NCBI RefSeq assembly: GCF_001194135.2 | Contig: NC_068989.1 | Coordinates: forward strand, 79,198,901-79,234,549 | DNA from: Octopus bimaculoides | Taxonomy: Eukaryota | Length of the DNA: 35,649 bases | Reading direction: 5' to 3' | Shown: in pieces, positions 1 through 10,974 of the stretch | How the letters are laid out: each line of letters opens with the position of its first letter | Numbering within the stretch: position 1 is the stretch's first letter | Made by a program: the position numbers and the translations under genes | The notes under the pieces: generated by a model | The model's database searches: none | The model's input: the letters and a program-made list of their open reading frames with translations, nothing else | What the model was told of the DNA's origin: nothing

Positions 1-24
1 ATATATATATATATATATATATAT

Positions 25-356
25 ACGCCAGGGCCACCTGACTGGCTCCTTTGCTGGTGGCATGTAAAAGGCACCATCCGAATGTGGCTCGTGCCAGTAC
101 ACCCCTGACTGGCTTGTAAAAGGCACTATCTGATCATGATTGATGCCAGGCTCGCCTGACTGGCTCCTGTGCTGGTGGCACATAAAAAGCACCCACCACA
201 CTCTCGGAGTGGTTGGCATTAGGAAGGTCATGCAGCTGTAGAAACATTGCCAGATCAGACTGGAGTCTGGTGCAGCCACTGGCTCTCCAGACATCAGTCA
301 AACCGTCCAACCCATGCCAGCAAGGAAAACAGACATTAAACGATAATAATGATGAT
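25..356 (+). mobile_element. RTE-type LINE 3' UTR fragment
   Basis: Carries the family core AGGAAGG(G)CAT.CAGCTGTAGAAAC...CCAACCCATGCCAGCA.GGAAA and a GAT/AAT tail, shared with the ORF2-bearing copy at 10975-11497. Confidence 0.8.
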
Positions 357-579
357 GTGCAAAACGACTTAAACAAATGAAAGAATAAAAAAAAAGAATG
401 TTCCGTGATGGTAAAATCGACAAAAAAAAGTGTACTCCATATGGTGAGAGATAGTCTTTCCATTGTAGTTATTAAATAATATATAAATATATATAAAAAT
501 ATATACACCTAAACACACACCACGACAAAAAAAATGAATACTATAAATGAATTAACTTTATTTCAACAACAATTGGTCG

Positions 580-790
580 GTCCTTCTACAGAAATAACTC
601 TAAGCTATGACGAAATAAGTGCCTGTTAATTAGTATTGTTGATATCATTAACAGTGCCTTCTTAAAACGTAGCTTTCCTCTTCGTGTTTACGAATCAACG
701 TCATTAATTTCGGAAAAAATTTACCGTTGTCACTGCGCATGCGTATAGGAAGTCTTCTTTAGTTTTTAACAATTTACGTTCGAGAAACAG
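580..790 (+). promoter_or_regulatory. Probable promoter and non-coding first exon of the CDK11-like gene
   Basis: Non-repeat segment locally rich in CpG. NRF1-like TGCGCATGCGTA at 734-745 (one mismatch to TGCGCATGCGCA), ETS-like AGGAAGT at 747-753, CRE half-site ACGTCA at 698-703. Splice donor CAG|GTAATT at 790/791 is followed by T-rich intron-like sequence. The TSS cannot be placed from sequence alone. Confidence 0.6.
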
Positions 791-1399
791 GTAATTGTCA
801 TAAATTTCTCATTTATATTTTAGTTATATCTATTTTACATGAATTTTTTGACTTTGATCTCGATCATATTTTAAAATAGTAATTGTCTTACACTGAAAAT
901 TCCTATTGTGTATTTTATTTCCTTTGTTAATCTTCATTTTTTCGTAGCCTCCTTCATAAGCCCATGTTAACCAACACTCTAATCTGATTGTCTCGTTGGG
1001 TTTTCTTTAACGGAATTTTCTCTGTTGTGAGTAAACAATCGGGTCTGGTCCCTGAGTTTAAGATACCTTCATCTCTCCTTCACACCCTTCCGTCGACGTA
1101 GGGGTCTCTGTGGATTGTCCTTTCCCGCTAATTAAGCTATGAAAACCATTGGAAATCCACTTCTTATACTTTCATTATACATTATTTCCATTATGTTCTC
1201 AGATCAAATCCCACCGAAGTCAGCGTTGCTTTTTTCATCATCCCAAGGGTTGATAAAATGAAATATTGGCGAGATCGTCGAAATATTAACCAAGTACTTT
1301 AATCGATATATCCTTCATTGTTTCTGTTCTAAAATTTGAGTACTTGTGCAAGACATCATGATTTTTCCCTAATTCCCAGTTGTATATACACATATCGCA

Positions 1400-1670
1400 T
1401 GCGGGGTGTATATATATATATATATATATATATAATAATATTAGGGATAAAATCCAAAATTACAGGTAAAAACTCAATTAAAATCAATTTATTAAAAATT
1501 AAAATTAAATTAAGCTTCACACAGTAAAATATATATAAATATATAGTTTTATATATAGTGTTAGTGGATTTTCATCGATGAGTTCATGAACCTTGGTTCT
1601 TTTCCCTAAAACATAGTTTTAGGGAAAAGAACCAAGGTTCATGAACTCATCCACTGTCACATATAGAAAA
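1400..1670. repeat. Unclassified microsatellite-flanked interspersed repeat modules, including a perfect palindrome
   Basis: Modules TAGGGATAAAATCCAAAATTACAGGTAAAAACTC and TAGGGAAAAGAACCAAGGTTCATGAACTCATC recur near 13975-14090 and 18333-18420, always next to TA or TAA repeats. Confidence 0.7.
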
Positions 1671-3161
1671 TTAATAAGTAAAAGCACAATGAATAAGTAT
1701 AATATAATACAAAGTAAATATCATATGATAAAGATAATAAATATGATGGATATATATATATATATACCCACACACATATTTATATACACACACACACACA
1801 GATCCATAGATTTGTTTCATCCAAACAATCAATTCCTTCAGATAAATCTGAAAGAAAATTATGTAATTCTTTCATAACTACACATCTTAATACTAGACAT
1901 CCAATATGTTGCACTTATTTTTCTTTTAATATCATATAAATTTTGAAAATGGTTAAGTAAAACATCTTTGAATATACATCTTAATTCTGGTGATGTTGAT
2001 TAACTGATATTTCAAAATATTCTTTCGTATTATGAAATCTTGATTGCAATTCGAGACAATATATTCCTAATTATTTCTAAAATTTATGACTATATTTCTT
2101 TTGGCTATCTTACAGTTAAAAATCCAGAATACAAAAAGATTTTTTTTTTTTAAATTGTAAATAAAACGTCTGATTTTCTTGCGGATGCTGGAAAAACTTA
2201 AGTATTTCCAAACGATCGCCTATGTTTAAAGGTGTTCCAGTCACGACCATCCTGTCTTTCAAAAGCGTTCTAACCTTGGCTGCATAGTCTTTTTTTTTTT
2301 TTTAAGTGTGAAAAATTTCTTATTTCATCAATTTTTGATTCAACCGGAATTAGAATTTTGCCACAGAATTTATTATTTTTCGTTTTGTAAAAGCTGACTC
2401 GGAAATGCAAAGTTTCTGTGTCCATCTACTGCTAAATCAATATGAAATATGTGTTATTTCTAAAACTTTTATTTGAAAGAGCACTCACTGTCAGATGTAC
2501 CAAAACTCTGAAATTTTTACTTAGAATGCAACAACTCCATAGAATTATCGAAAATTTCAGAAATCGTGACTTAAGATACAAAAGATTTTTCACTACGAAA
2601 CAAAACTTTTAACTTAAAAAATAAAACTTCAAAAAACCAGCTTCATTTTAAAATGAATTTAAAATTGCATGTATAAAATATCTTCATTTGAAGACATAAT
2701 TTTCTTTTGTAAATGAAATGAAATTCACAGATAAGTATTTCTTTCTTTAGTACGTTTCGTTTTCTCCATATTGGTTTTTATGAAAGTTTAGTTTCCGTTT
2801 GAATCGCACAATGAATTATGAGTTTGGTCGTAGCGTTTTATGCGTGAGATTTTAATGACAAAATCCCTGTCATACAGCAGCATTTCTTTTTTACAGTCAA
2901 GTCTTATGGGTTACATGCTGTTCCTTGTTTCAGTCGTTGAACTGTGGCCATGCTGGAGGACTCCTTTGAAGAGTTTAATCCGGTGGTTCTCAACCTGTGG
3001 TCCGCAAAGATAGTACTGGGGGTTTGTGAGCTAAATTCAAAATTTCATATATAAAGGATAACCACATTAAAAGGGGTCCGTGGGAAAACTTATTTAAATA
3101 AAAGGAGTCCTTGGTAGTGAAAAGCCCTTCAAAGTGGTTCTCATTCGTGGTCCATATAAAG

Positions 3162-3323
3162 CAGGGGTTCCCAACCGGGGTCCACAGAAGCTTTAAGGTC
3201 TAGGAGTAAAAAATTGTAATTTGTGNNNNNNNNNNTTTTTTTAACATCGAATGGTTATGGGGGTCAGGTAGAGGAAAATACGAATCAAAAGGGTACATAG
3301 GAAAAACTGGTTGAGAAACCCTG
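3162..3323. mobile_element. Small non-autonomous DNA transposon, hAT/Charlie-like ends
   Basis: CAGGGGTTCCCAACC (3162-3176) versus GGTTGAGAAACCCTG (3309-3323): a 15-bp inverted repeat with 2 mismatches. A related end sits at about 2981. No clear TSD; contains a 10-N gap. Confidence 0.55.
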
Positions 3324-3437
3324 ATTTAACCAAACAGATTGGCCCTAGTACATTTTTTTAAAGGTCGGATTCTTCTATCGGTCCTTTTCACCGAGGCCTC
3401 GAAGTTACGCGGACATAAACATTTCAAGCGGTTGGGG

Positions 3438-3471
<34 letters not shown>

Positions 3472-3724
3472 TACACACATATATATATGTATATATACAT
3501 AAATAAGAAGGAATTATACACAGTTTCCGCCTACCAAATTCCTTTACAAGGCCATGGTCTTTACGGGGCTACTGTGGAAGACACTTTCCCATGGTGTTGT
3601 GCAGTGAGATTGAACGCACAACCATGTGGTTGCAAAACAAGCGAGCTTCTTAAAATCACATCTGTTTGTATAATGTATAGCTGGATTTATACTGCATCTC
3701 AGAACTAATAATAATAATAATAAT

Positions 3725-3930
3725 CCTTTCAGCACAAGGCTGAAATTTTGTGGGACGTGACCAGTCAATTACATCAAACTCAGTGTTTCACTAGTACTTT
3801 ATTTATCGACCCCGAAAGAGTGAAAGGCAAAGTCAAACTCAGCAGAATTTGAACTCAAAATGTGAAGACAGACAAAATACCGCTAAGCAGTTCGCCTGGC
3901 GTGCCAATGATTCTGCCAGCTCGACGCTTT
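3725..3930 (-). mobile_element. tRNA-headed SINE family B (reverse)
   Basis: Reverse complement of the head and central domain seen at 5930-6163; flanked by (TAA)n. Confidence 0.7.
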
Positions 3931-3950
3931 AATAATGATGATAATAATAG

Positions 3951-4287
3951 TAACGAGCACTCAGAGAGCACAAACCTCCGTCAAGGCAACACCAACCTCC
4001 TTTCAGCGATTAGCAGGAGATGAGTTTTAAAATAAGAACATCTGAAATAAACTAGTTTGCTCTCACAAATGAGAATACTGAAAATGAACCCGACTGCTCT
4101 CAAAAATTAAATAAAAAACAGGAAAAATTATTCAAAATCCTTGTCCGCTACTGGATCAATCCCAAACTCTAATCAGTTTGTGCCAGTCATGAGGCCAAAT
4201 ATCCCTGAAAGTTTCGTCCGAATCCATCCAGCGGTTCTTGAGGTATCTTGTCCACCGACAAACAAACAAACACGACTGAAAACAATA
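3951..4287 (+). mobile_element. Helentron-type non-autonomous rolling-circle element, 3'-truncated
   Basis: Collinear with the copy at 9843-10213 (ACGAGCACTCAGAGAG...ACCTCCGTCAAGGC...CCCTGAAAGTTTC); the 3' hairpin is missing. Confidence 0.6.
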
Positions 4288-4289
4288 AT

Positions 4290-4505
4290 ACTTTCTACTA
4301 TAGGCACAAGGCCTGAAATTTGGTGGGAGGGGACCAGTCAATTACATCGACCCCAGTGTTTCACTGGTACTTTATTTATCGACCCCGAAAGAATGAAAGG
4401 CAAAGTCGACCCTGGCGGTATTTCGACTCAGGATGCGAAGACAGACAAAATACCGCTAAACAATTCACCTGGCGTGCTAACGATTCTGTCAGCTCACCGC
4501 CTTGA
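4290..4505 (-). mobile_element. tRNA-headed SINE family B (reverse)
   Basis: TTACATCGACCCCAGTG...GACCCCGAAAGAATGAAAGGCAAAGTCGAC...TGCTAACGATTCTGTCAGCTCACCGCC is the reverse complement of the family B consensus. Confidence 0.75.
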
Positions 4506-5689
4506 TAATAATAATAATAGTAATAAAAGGTGTCTGTGTGTGTGTGTGTGATTATGAATAAAATGATTTTGATCAACTGCTGGATTCTAGCTGACTTTGG
4601 CCAGTCAACAAAAACAAATAGTGACAGATTTGTATGTATGATATCATAGCATAAATGCTAGATAAAACCAAATACAATTCTCATAAGTTTCATTTGAGTC
4701 ATTAGGCTGCGGCAATGCTGGGGCAGCGCCTTGAAGGGTTTAGTTGAGCATATCAATTTTATGGATGTAAACAAACCAACAGTGGTTGTGAAGCAGGAGG
4801 GGAAGCAGTGGACAAACACTAAGATGCACATGTATGTGACAGGCTTTCATAGATTTTTGCCCATAAAATTCATTCAGAAAGCGTTGGTTAACCCAGGGGC
4901 TGTTGTAGAAGGGGTCTTGACCTAAAACTGTAGTTGCGAAGCAAATTTCTTAACCACATGTTTATACTTGTGCCTATAAATGAATTTGATTGTTAACCCA
5001 GGTTAACCCTGTTGAAATTTGGAAGATACTTATATGAATAGGGATAACATACATACGGAAGCGTCCAGTTAACTTTTATTGCAGTAAATAAACCAAATAC
5101 AATTTGCCCTGCAGTGAGATTGAACCCAAAAACTACATGATTGAGGAGCAAATTTAGGGTATGACTTTGAGATGAAATTTTTACTCCAAAATAGATGAGT
5201 TGGTCATGGTTGGAACAGTTTTAAAGGAAGCAGGGCATTCAGGAATATGAATGTGGAGTTCCTTTGATCATCAGGGTGTTTAGGCTGGAGTTGCTATTTT
5301 TCTTAGAAATAAGGTATTAAACCTGGTCCTATGTTTATATTTTAAACACATTTTCAAGAAGTATTTTAGCTGAGATTAGAATAGGATTTAGGCATTGTTA
5401 CCAGTGAGCAGCAATGTAACTGATGATAAATTGCTTTGCAAAAGTAAACTCTGTTTGATTAAAATAACCTGGTGTGAGTTTTTTTTTTTTGGAAGGTGGA
5501 TGGCATTTGTAAAAATGTATTTGGTGAAAGAGGGCACTGACCTAAATAGATGGTTGAAAAACCCTTTGGTTCAATGGATTTATTTTTGCCATTGCATTAA
5601 AGTTTTTTTTTTATTTCATTCTCTTCCTTTCGCTGAATATAAGAGAAAAAGAAATGATGTCTTGCTGTTTGATATCTATTGCAGTCAAA

Positions 5690-5871
5690 ATGTCTGGTAC
5701 TGACCATTCTCGAAGCCCTTATGAACAAGGAGAGTTAGCTTCTAGTCCAGAAAGACATATGTTGGATCCAGATGATGAAGATGAGGAGGACGACGATGAC
5801 AAGCAGAGCCTAGTTTCTTTTTCAGTGCATTCAAAAGAAGCCCTTGACGAAGACGACTATCTTAAAGACAA
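5690..5871 (+). CDS. CDK11: CDK11 (PITSLRE)-like kinase, first coding exon (exon starts at 5685)
   Basis: Acceptor TATTGCAG|TCAAAATG with invertebrate Kozak-like CAAAATG. Encodes MSGTDHSRSPYEQGELASSPERH...DDYLKD. EQGEL recalls the EEGEL motif of the CDK11 N-terminus. Donor AA|GTAAGT at 5871/5872, phase 2. Confidence 0.75.
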
Positions 5872-5929
5872 GTAAGTTTTTGGAAACTAATGTTAATATG
5901 TTAGCCATTGAGCACAAAAACAAGATGTG

Positions 5930-6163
5930 AAGGTGGCGAACTGGCAGAAACGTTAGCACGCCGGACGAAATGCTTATCGGTACTTCGTCTGCTGCTACTT
6001 TCTGAGTTCAGATTCTGCCATGGTCGGCTTTGCCTTTCATCCTTTCGGGGTTGATAAATTAAGTACCAGTTACGCACTGGGGTCGATGTAATCGACTTAA
6101 TTCCTTTGTCTGTCCTTGTTTGTCCCCTCTATGTTTAGCCCCTTGTGGGCAATAAAGAAATAA
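5930..6163 (+). mobile_element. tRNA-headed SINE family B, near full length
   Basis: A-box-like TGGCAGAAACG, B-box-like GTTCAGATTC, central CCTTTCATCCTTTCGGGGTTGATAAATTAAGTACCAG and an A-rich tail. Further copies near 6720-6880, 10270-10680, 11580-11830, 14710-14900, 18120-18310, 19865-20075 and 23790-24100. Confidence 0.75.
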
Positions 6164-6984
6164 GGTGTCATGGTTTGCGGGCGGTGGGGTGAGTTTTTAA
6201 CAAATGTTGTTTCTGTGTAATGCTTAAAGTGAAGGGAAAGAACTTTGGTGTTTCAGACACTAGTCCTTCATTAGAATAAAAAAATTTTTAAAATGAACGA
6301 GGAAAGGTGGTGGGAAAATTCAAAAGAATTACAAAAAAGGTGGTTGGAGGGGTAGTAGAAAGGAGGTGGTGAAGGGCCAGGTGAGAATGCAGTTCTTTGG
6401 GTGGATGGAATTAGGAAGGAAGGAGGAGGTGGTGGGATGGTGTATGCGTCAGTTTTCTCAGAAACAGAATATTCTGCTAACGAACATTTCCTTGCCGTTT
6501 GTATATTAATGGTTAGAGAGAGTAGGAATCTCTTGCCATGCTCATCTATGGTGACAGAGCTGGAAGTCTGCAAGAGATGCCATCATAACTGCTGATATGT
6601 CTTGGGGCATCTTTTAAACTTGGCAAAAACCCGTTTTTCTCCAGGTTTGAACACTGCTAATTTCTTCCAGTGAGAAAGTGAAAAAGAGAGATTGGTGGGT
6701 GGAGCAGTATGAAGAATCAGTCTCACTATTGGTTTAGTCCTCTTTATTTATGAACCCTGAATGGATGAAAGACAAACATGGCCTTGGAGAGATTTGAACT
6801 TGGAACACAGAAAGCCAAAATGATTACTGCAAGACATTCTGATTAATGTTGTAACGATTCTGCCACATTCCTACTTTTGTGTGTACAATACATTTAAACC
6901 ATCATCATCATTGATCTAACCTCCACTTTTTTATGCTTTTATGGATTGGATGGAATTTATTGAGGAAGATTTTTTTAATTTTTA

Positions 6985-7146
6985 GGTGCAGGAGTGGCTG
7001 TGTGGTAAGTAGCTTGCTTACGAACCACATGGTTCCGGGTTCAGTCCCACTGCATGGCACCTTGGGCAAGTGTCTTCTACTATAACCTCAGGCTGACCAA
7101 AGCCTTATGAGTGGATTTGATAGACGGAAACTGAAAGAAGACTGTC

Positions 7147-7187
<41 letters not shown>

Positions 7188-7388
7188 TGTGTGTGTGTCC
7201 ACCAACATCACTTGACAACCAATGCTGGTGTGTTTACGTCTCCGTCAGTTAGCGGTTCGGCAAAAGAGACCAATAGAATAAGTACTAGGCTCACAAAGAA
7301 TAAGTCCTGGGGTCGATTTGCTTGATTAAAGGTGGTGCTCCAGCATGGCCGCACTCAAATGACTGAAACAAGTAAAAGCGTAAAGAGA
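6985..7388 (+). mobile_element. tRNA-headed SINE family A (CORE-like CCTTGGGCAAGT motif, internal TA/TG microsatellite)
   Basis: Head GGAGTGGCTGTGTGGTAAG...GGTTCAGTCCC, then CCTTGGGCAAGT, internal (TA)n(TG)n, and 3' end CAGCATGGCCGCA.TCAAATGACTGAAACAAGTAAAAG. More than ten related copies lie in the window. Confidence 0.85.
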
Positions 7389-7493
7389 ATGTTTTTATTT
7401 TTTATTGTTTTGTTTATGGTTTGTAATTACTTAGGAAGAGATTTACCCGTGTGTTGTTTGCATTTAATGTCCTCTGTGTTTCTCATCTTTCAG

Positions 7494-7636
7494 CAAAGAC
7501 GATTACATGGATGACAGTGAGTCATTAGACATAAAACCTCCACAGGCTCACGCTATGAAGAAAGATAAACACAAACACAAACACAAAGAAGAACGGTGGC
7601 GAGAACGAAATAGCAGACATGAAAAAGATAGGGACA
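7494..7636 (+). CDS. CDK11: CDK11-like, second coding exon
   Basis: Pyrimidine tract plus TTTCAG| acceptor; phase matches the previous exon (AA+C = Asn). Encodes KDDYMDDSESLDIKPPQAHAMKKDKHKHKHKEERWRERNSRHEKDRD. DDSESLDIKPPQ matches the human CDK11 segment EEDDSLAIKPPQ as I recall it. Donor A|GTAAGT at 7636/7637, phase 1. Confidence 0.8.
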
Positions 7637-7937
7637 GTAAGTGTCCTTCCTTCCTTCCTTCTTTTTTCTCTTTGCTTTTAGTATTTTCATCATACTTGGA
7701 TCCTCCATCTCTCTAAAATCAAGGCAGCAAAAATTGCTGGCCATGTGCTGGAATTAGAAAGAATATTTTCAAAATTACTCCCTCGTCTTTCTACTTCATA
7801 AGTGAAGACAACAATGGTCTAAACTAAAGTCTTAGTCAGTAAAAGAGACCCTTAAACCTTTAACATTTAAACTGGTCCCATCAGGTACAAATATTCTACA
7901 GGGTTTATGCTCGTACCAGCCACCAGGTCTGGCCTCT

Positions 7938-8085
7938 TACTCATCATCATCATCATCATCATTTAATATCTGTTTTCTATGCTGGCATGGATTGGATCTT
8001 TTGACAGGAGCTCGCCAACCAGAGGACTGCACCAGGTTCCAGTTATCTGTTTTGGCATGGTTTTTACAGCTAGGTACCAGGGTAG
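7938..8085 (-). mobile_element. RTE LINE 3' tail fragment
   Basis: (CAT)n followed by TTTAATATCTGTTTTCTATGCTGGCATGG, the reverse of the family terminus. Confidence 0.7.
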
Positions 8086-8451
8086 GTAGTTGGTGACATT
8101 TATGGAGTAAAACACAGAAAAAAACTAAGCGAAACGCAGGCGCGTGACTGAGTTGGATGAATGGGATGGAAACTCCCTTGTTTAACCCTTTCAGTAGCAA
8201 CCTGGCTGAAACCGCCTCTGGCTCTCTAGTACAAATGTCTTGTTTTCAAAAGTTCTGAATTAAAATCTTCCACCAAACCTTAGTCACAATTTATGTTCCT
8301 AACACTAGCTTAATGATAACGAAGTCATTTTACTAAATTCTTTGTTATATTTAAAATTAATTGAAACAAACGCAGAGCATCTCAACAGAAATATGGTAAC
8401 AAAAGATAGATCGCTGACCACTCCACATATATATATTTTTTTTCTGTGTTC

Positions 8452-8487
8452 CTTTCTGTTGAAGAGCATAGGCTCGAAACGTTAAAG
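8452..8487 (+). ncRNA. Minimal type I hammerhead-ribozyme-like motif (probably inactive), in a Penelope-like remnant
   Basis: CTTT-CTGTTGA-A-GAGC/ATAG/GCTC-GAAA-CGT-T-AAAG: stem I 4 bp, stem II 4 bp, palindromic ACGT stem III. Core position A6 is T. Confidence 0.55.
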
Positions 8488-9451
8488 AATTTCTCTGTTC
8501 CCCGAGCGTTATACTAATACATCCATTTGTTGTTTGCACCACCTGTCTTCGTCTGTTGTTTTTTCGGGTATTCTCCCATACATAGCACACGCTCACGTGG
8601 TCGCACCAGCTAATCCTGTCTCTACTCATCACACACGAACTTCTGGACTCTCTACCTTTTTATATTCTGGACTATTTATTCTGAACTTTGCACTCTCCGA
8701 CTGCACCTCTCCTGCCTACGGATTATGCTGTACCTATCCGCTGATTAAAAAATAGGTAATGGATAGTGATACGATGGGTATCTAGCTGTAAAACAAGGCC
8801 TCCATAATATGCATCCATCCAAGAATGTGAGTGTGGAAAAACAAGTTGAAGAAAAAAAACATTGGATGATGCTATCCTAGATAAACTCGACTCGAAAAAA
8901 AGGGGAAAAAATCAATAATATGGCCACAGCTGGTACATCTCTTTTGTTGCTTCATATTAATGACTTAGTTGGTGTCATGCATGCAGTTGAAGTGACAGCT
9001 GTTGTCCCCATCACTCACTCTTTAGTAGTCTCGTAGTTTCCAGATTATGCCTGCAAGCCATTAGCTAGTATTGCATTTCAACACTAATTGATGTATGTTC
9101 ACCGTAAGTACAAAAGAAACAAACTATTACTTTTTTTACTCAATAAATAATTACATGACTGACAACAGGTATATACGAGACGAATATTAAATGTCTGTTA
9201 CTTTGTATTCTTTTTGTGAAGTTGTTGCTTCTCTTTGTTACCCACATAGCCGTGCCTATACCTATCATTCTACTGGAGTGTGATATGAGGGCAAGTTTGG
9301 CTGTTATGGTTAACCAGTGTGGTGATCATGTAGAATCTCCTTCGTTATATCAAATAATGTTGTATGTAGTTAACCCAGCTATTATCTGTGATAATGTTAG
9401 GAAGAAATAAAACACCCCTTTTGTAAAAGCTGCTCACAATATTGTAGATAC

Positions 9452-9770
9452 ATGGCTTAGTGGTTAGAGTATTCAGCTTGTGCTCATAACATCATGAGTT
9501 CAATTCCTGTTGGCACATTGTGTCCTTGAGCAAGACACTTTATTTCACATTTTTCCATGTTACCCTACTGGCAAAAATGAGCTGTACTTGTATTTCAAAG
9601 GACCGGCCTTGTCCTATTATTGTGTCACACTGAATCTCCTTGAGAATTATGTTAAGGCTACGCGTGTCTGTGGAGTGCTCAACTACTTGCACGTTAATTT
9701 CACGAGCAAGCGGTTCTGTTTATTTGGATCAACTGGAACACCCGGCATCGTAACTGACAGAGTGCCAGAT
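9452..9770 (+). mobile_element. tRNA-headed SINE, family C head with a different tail
   Basis: A box TGGCTTAGTGG, B box GTTCAATTCC, and GTGTCCTTGAGCAAGACACTTTATTTCAC shared with 34466-34800. Confidence 0.7.
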
Positions 9771-9842
9771 ACAATATTGCAGCAATACATACAAAATAAA
9801 TACTTCAGAAGACATACATCTTGTAGAGATATATATTTATAA

Positions 9843-10213
9843 AACAAGAGCACTCAGAGAGTGCAAACCTCTGCCAAGGCAACACCAACGTCCTTTCAAT
9901 GATTAGCCAGAGATGATTTTTAAAATGAGAATATCTGAAATAAACTCGACTGCTCTCACAAACGAGAATACTGAAAATGAACCTGATTGCTGTCAAAAAT
10001 TAAGTAAAAAATAAAAGGAAAAATAATCTAGAATCCTTGTCCTGGTACTGGATCGATCCCAAAATCTAATCAGTACATGCCAGTCATGAGGCCAAATATC
10101 CCTGAAAGTTTCATCCAAATCCATCCAGCAGTTCTTGAGATGTCTTATCCTCAGACAAACAAACAAATACAACTGAAAAGAATACCTCCACCTTCGCTAA
10201 GGCAGAGGTAATA
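9843..10213 (+). mobile_element. Helentron-type non-autonomous element (DINE-1/HINE architecture)
   Basis: Subterminal inverted repeat ACCTCTGCC (9867-9875) / GGCAGAGGT (10201-10209) and a 3' hairpin TACCTCCACCTT-CGCT-AAGGCAGAGGTA (10183-10210), in an AT-rich insertion context. Confidence 0.65.
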
Positions 10214-10974
10214 ATAAATCATTCTAAAAGTGAAGCTTGAAGTAGATAAAACTGGGGGAAAAAACCCCTTTCTGCTATATGTACAAGGCCTGAAATTTCG
10301 TGGGAAGGGATTGTCAATCACATTGACTCTGGTTGACCCTGAAGAGATGAAAAACAAAGTCAGCCTTGGCAGCATTTGAACTTTGAACGTACAGCTAGAA
10401 AAATTACTTGGCATTTTTTCTGGCATGCTAACGATTCTGCCAGTTTGCTGCCTTAGATAAAAGCTATGAATAATGGTTTCAAATTTTGGAATGTGGCCAG
10501 CAATTTCCGTCAAAGGGTAAGTTGATTACACTGACCCCAGTGTTCATCCGGTACTTATCTTATCAACCCCGAAAGGATGAAAGGCAAAGTTGACCTCACC
10601 AGAATTTGAACTCAAAATCTAAAGAGGGACAAAATACCACTAAGCATTTTCCCTGGTGTGCTAACGATTCTGCCAGCTTAAAACTGTAAATATTAACATG
10701 TGGAGTACTAGCTTAAAAACAAAAAAAACCTCTTGAATCGAAAAAGGGTTGACGGCTGTTTGTGTAGGATTATTATGATATAATGGTATCACATCTGTTG
10801 TGTTTACAGAAGATGTGGGTTTATGCCCCAAAAGCAATGATCAACCTATTCCTATCCAAAAGGATTTTTAACCTAATATGCTGCAGGCTGCTATGACTTG
10901 GCCTACATTGAGCTCCACTATTAAAATGATTTATTTCTCATCTCTTGAAGTTTCCAAATAAAAATGTGAACAAT

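Noticed and set aside
5654-5689. Upstream in-frame ATGATG given as the ORF start
   Set aside because: It lies before the acceptor at 5684/5685; ATG 5690 has the better context.
6271-6600. Purine-rich + strand blocks (also 16330-16800 and 28430-28760)
   Set aside because: Probably old retroelement debris, but I could not recover a diagnostic motif, so they are left unannotated.
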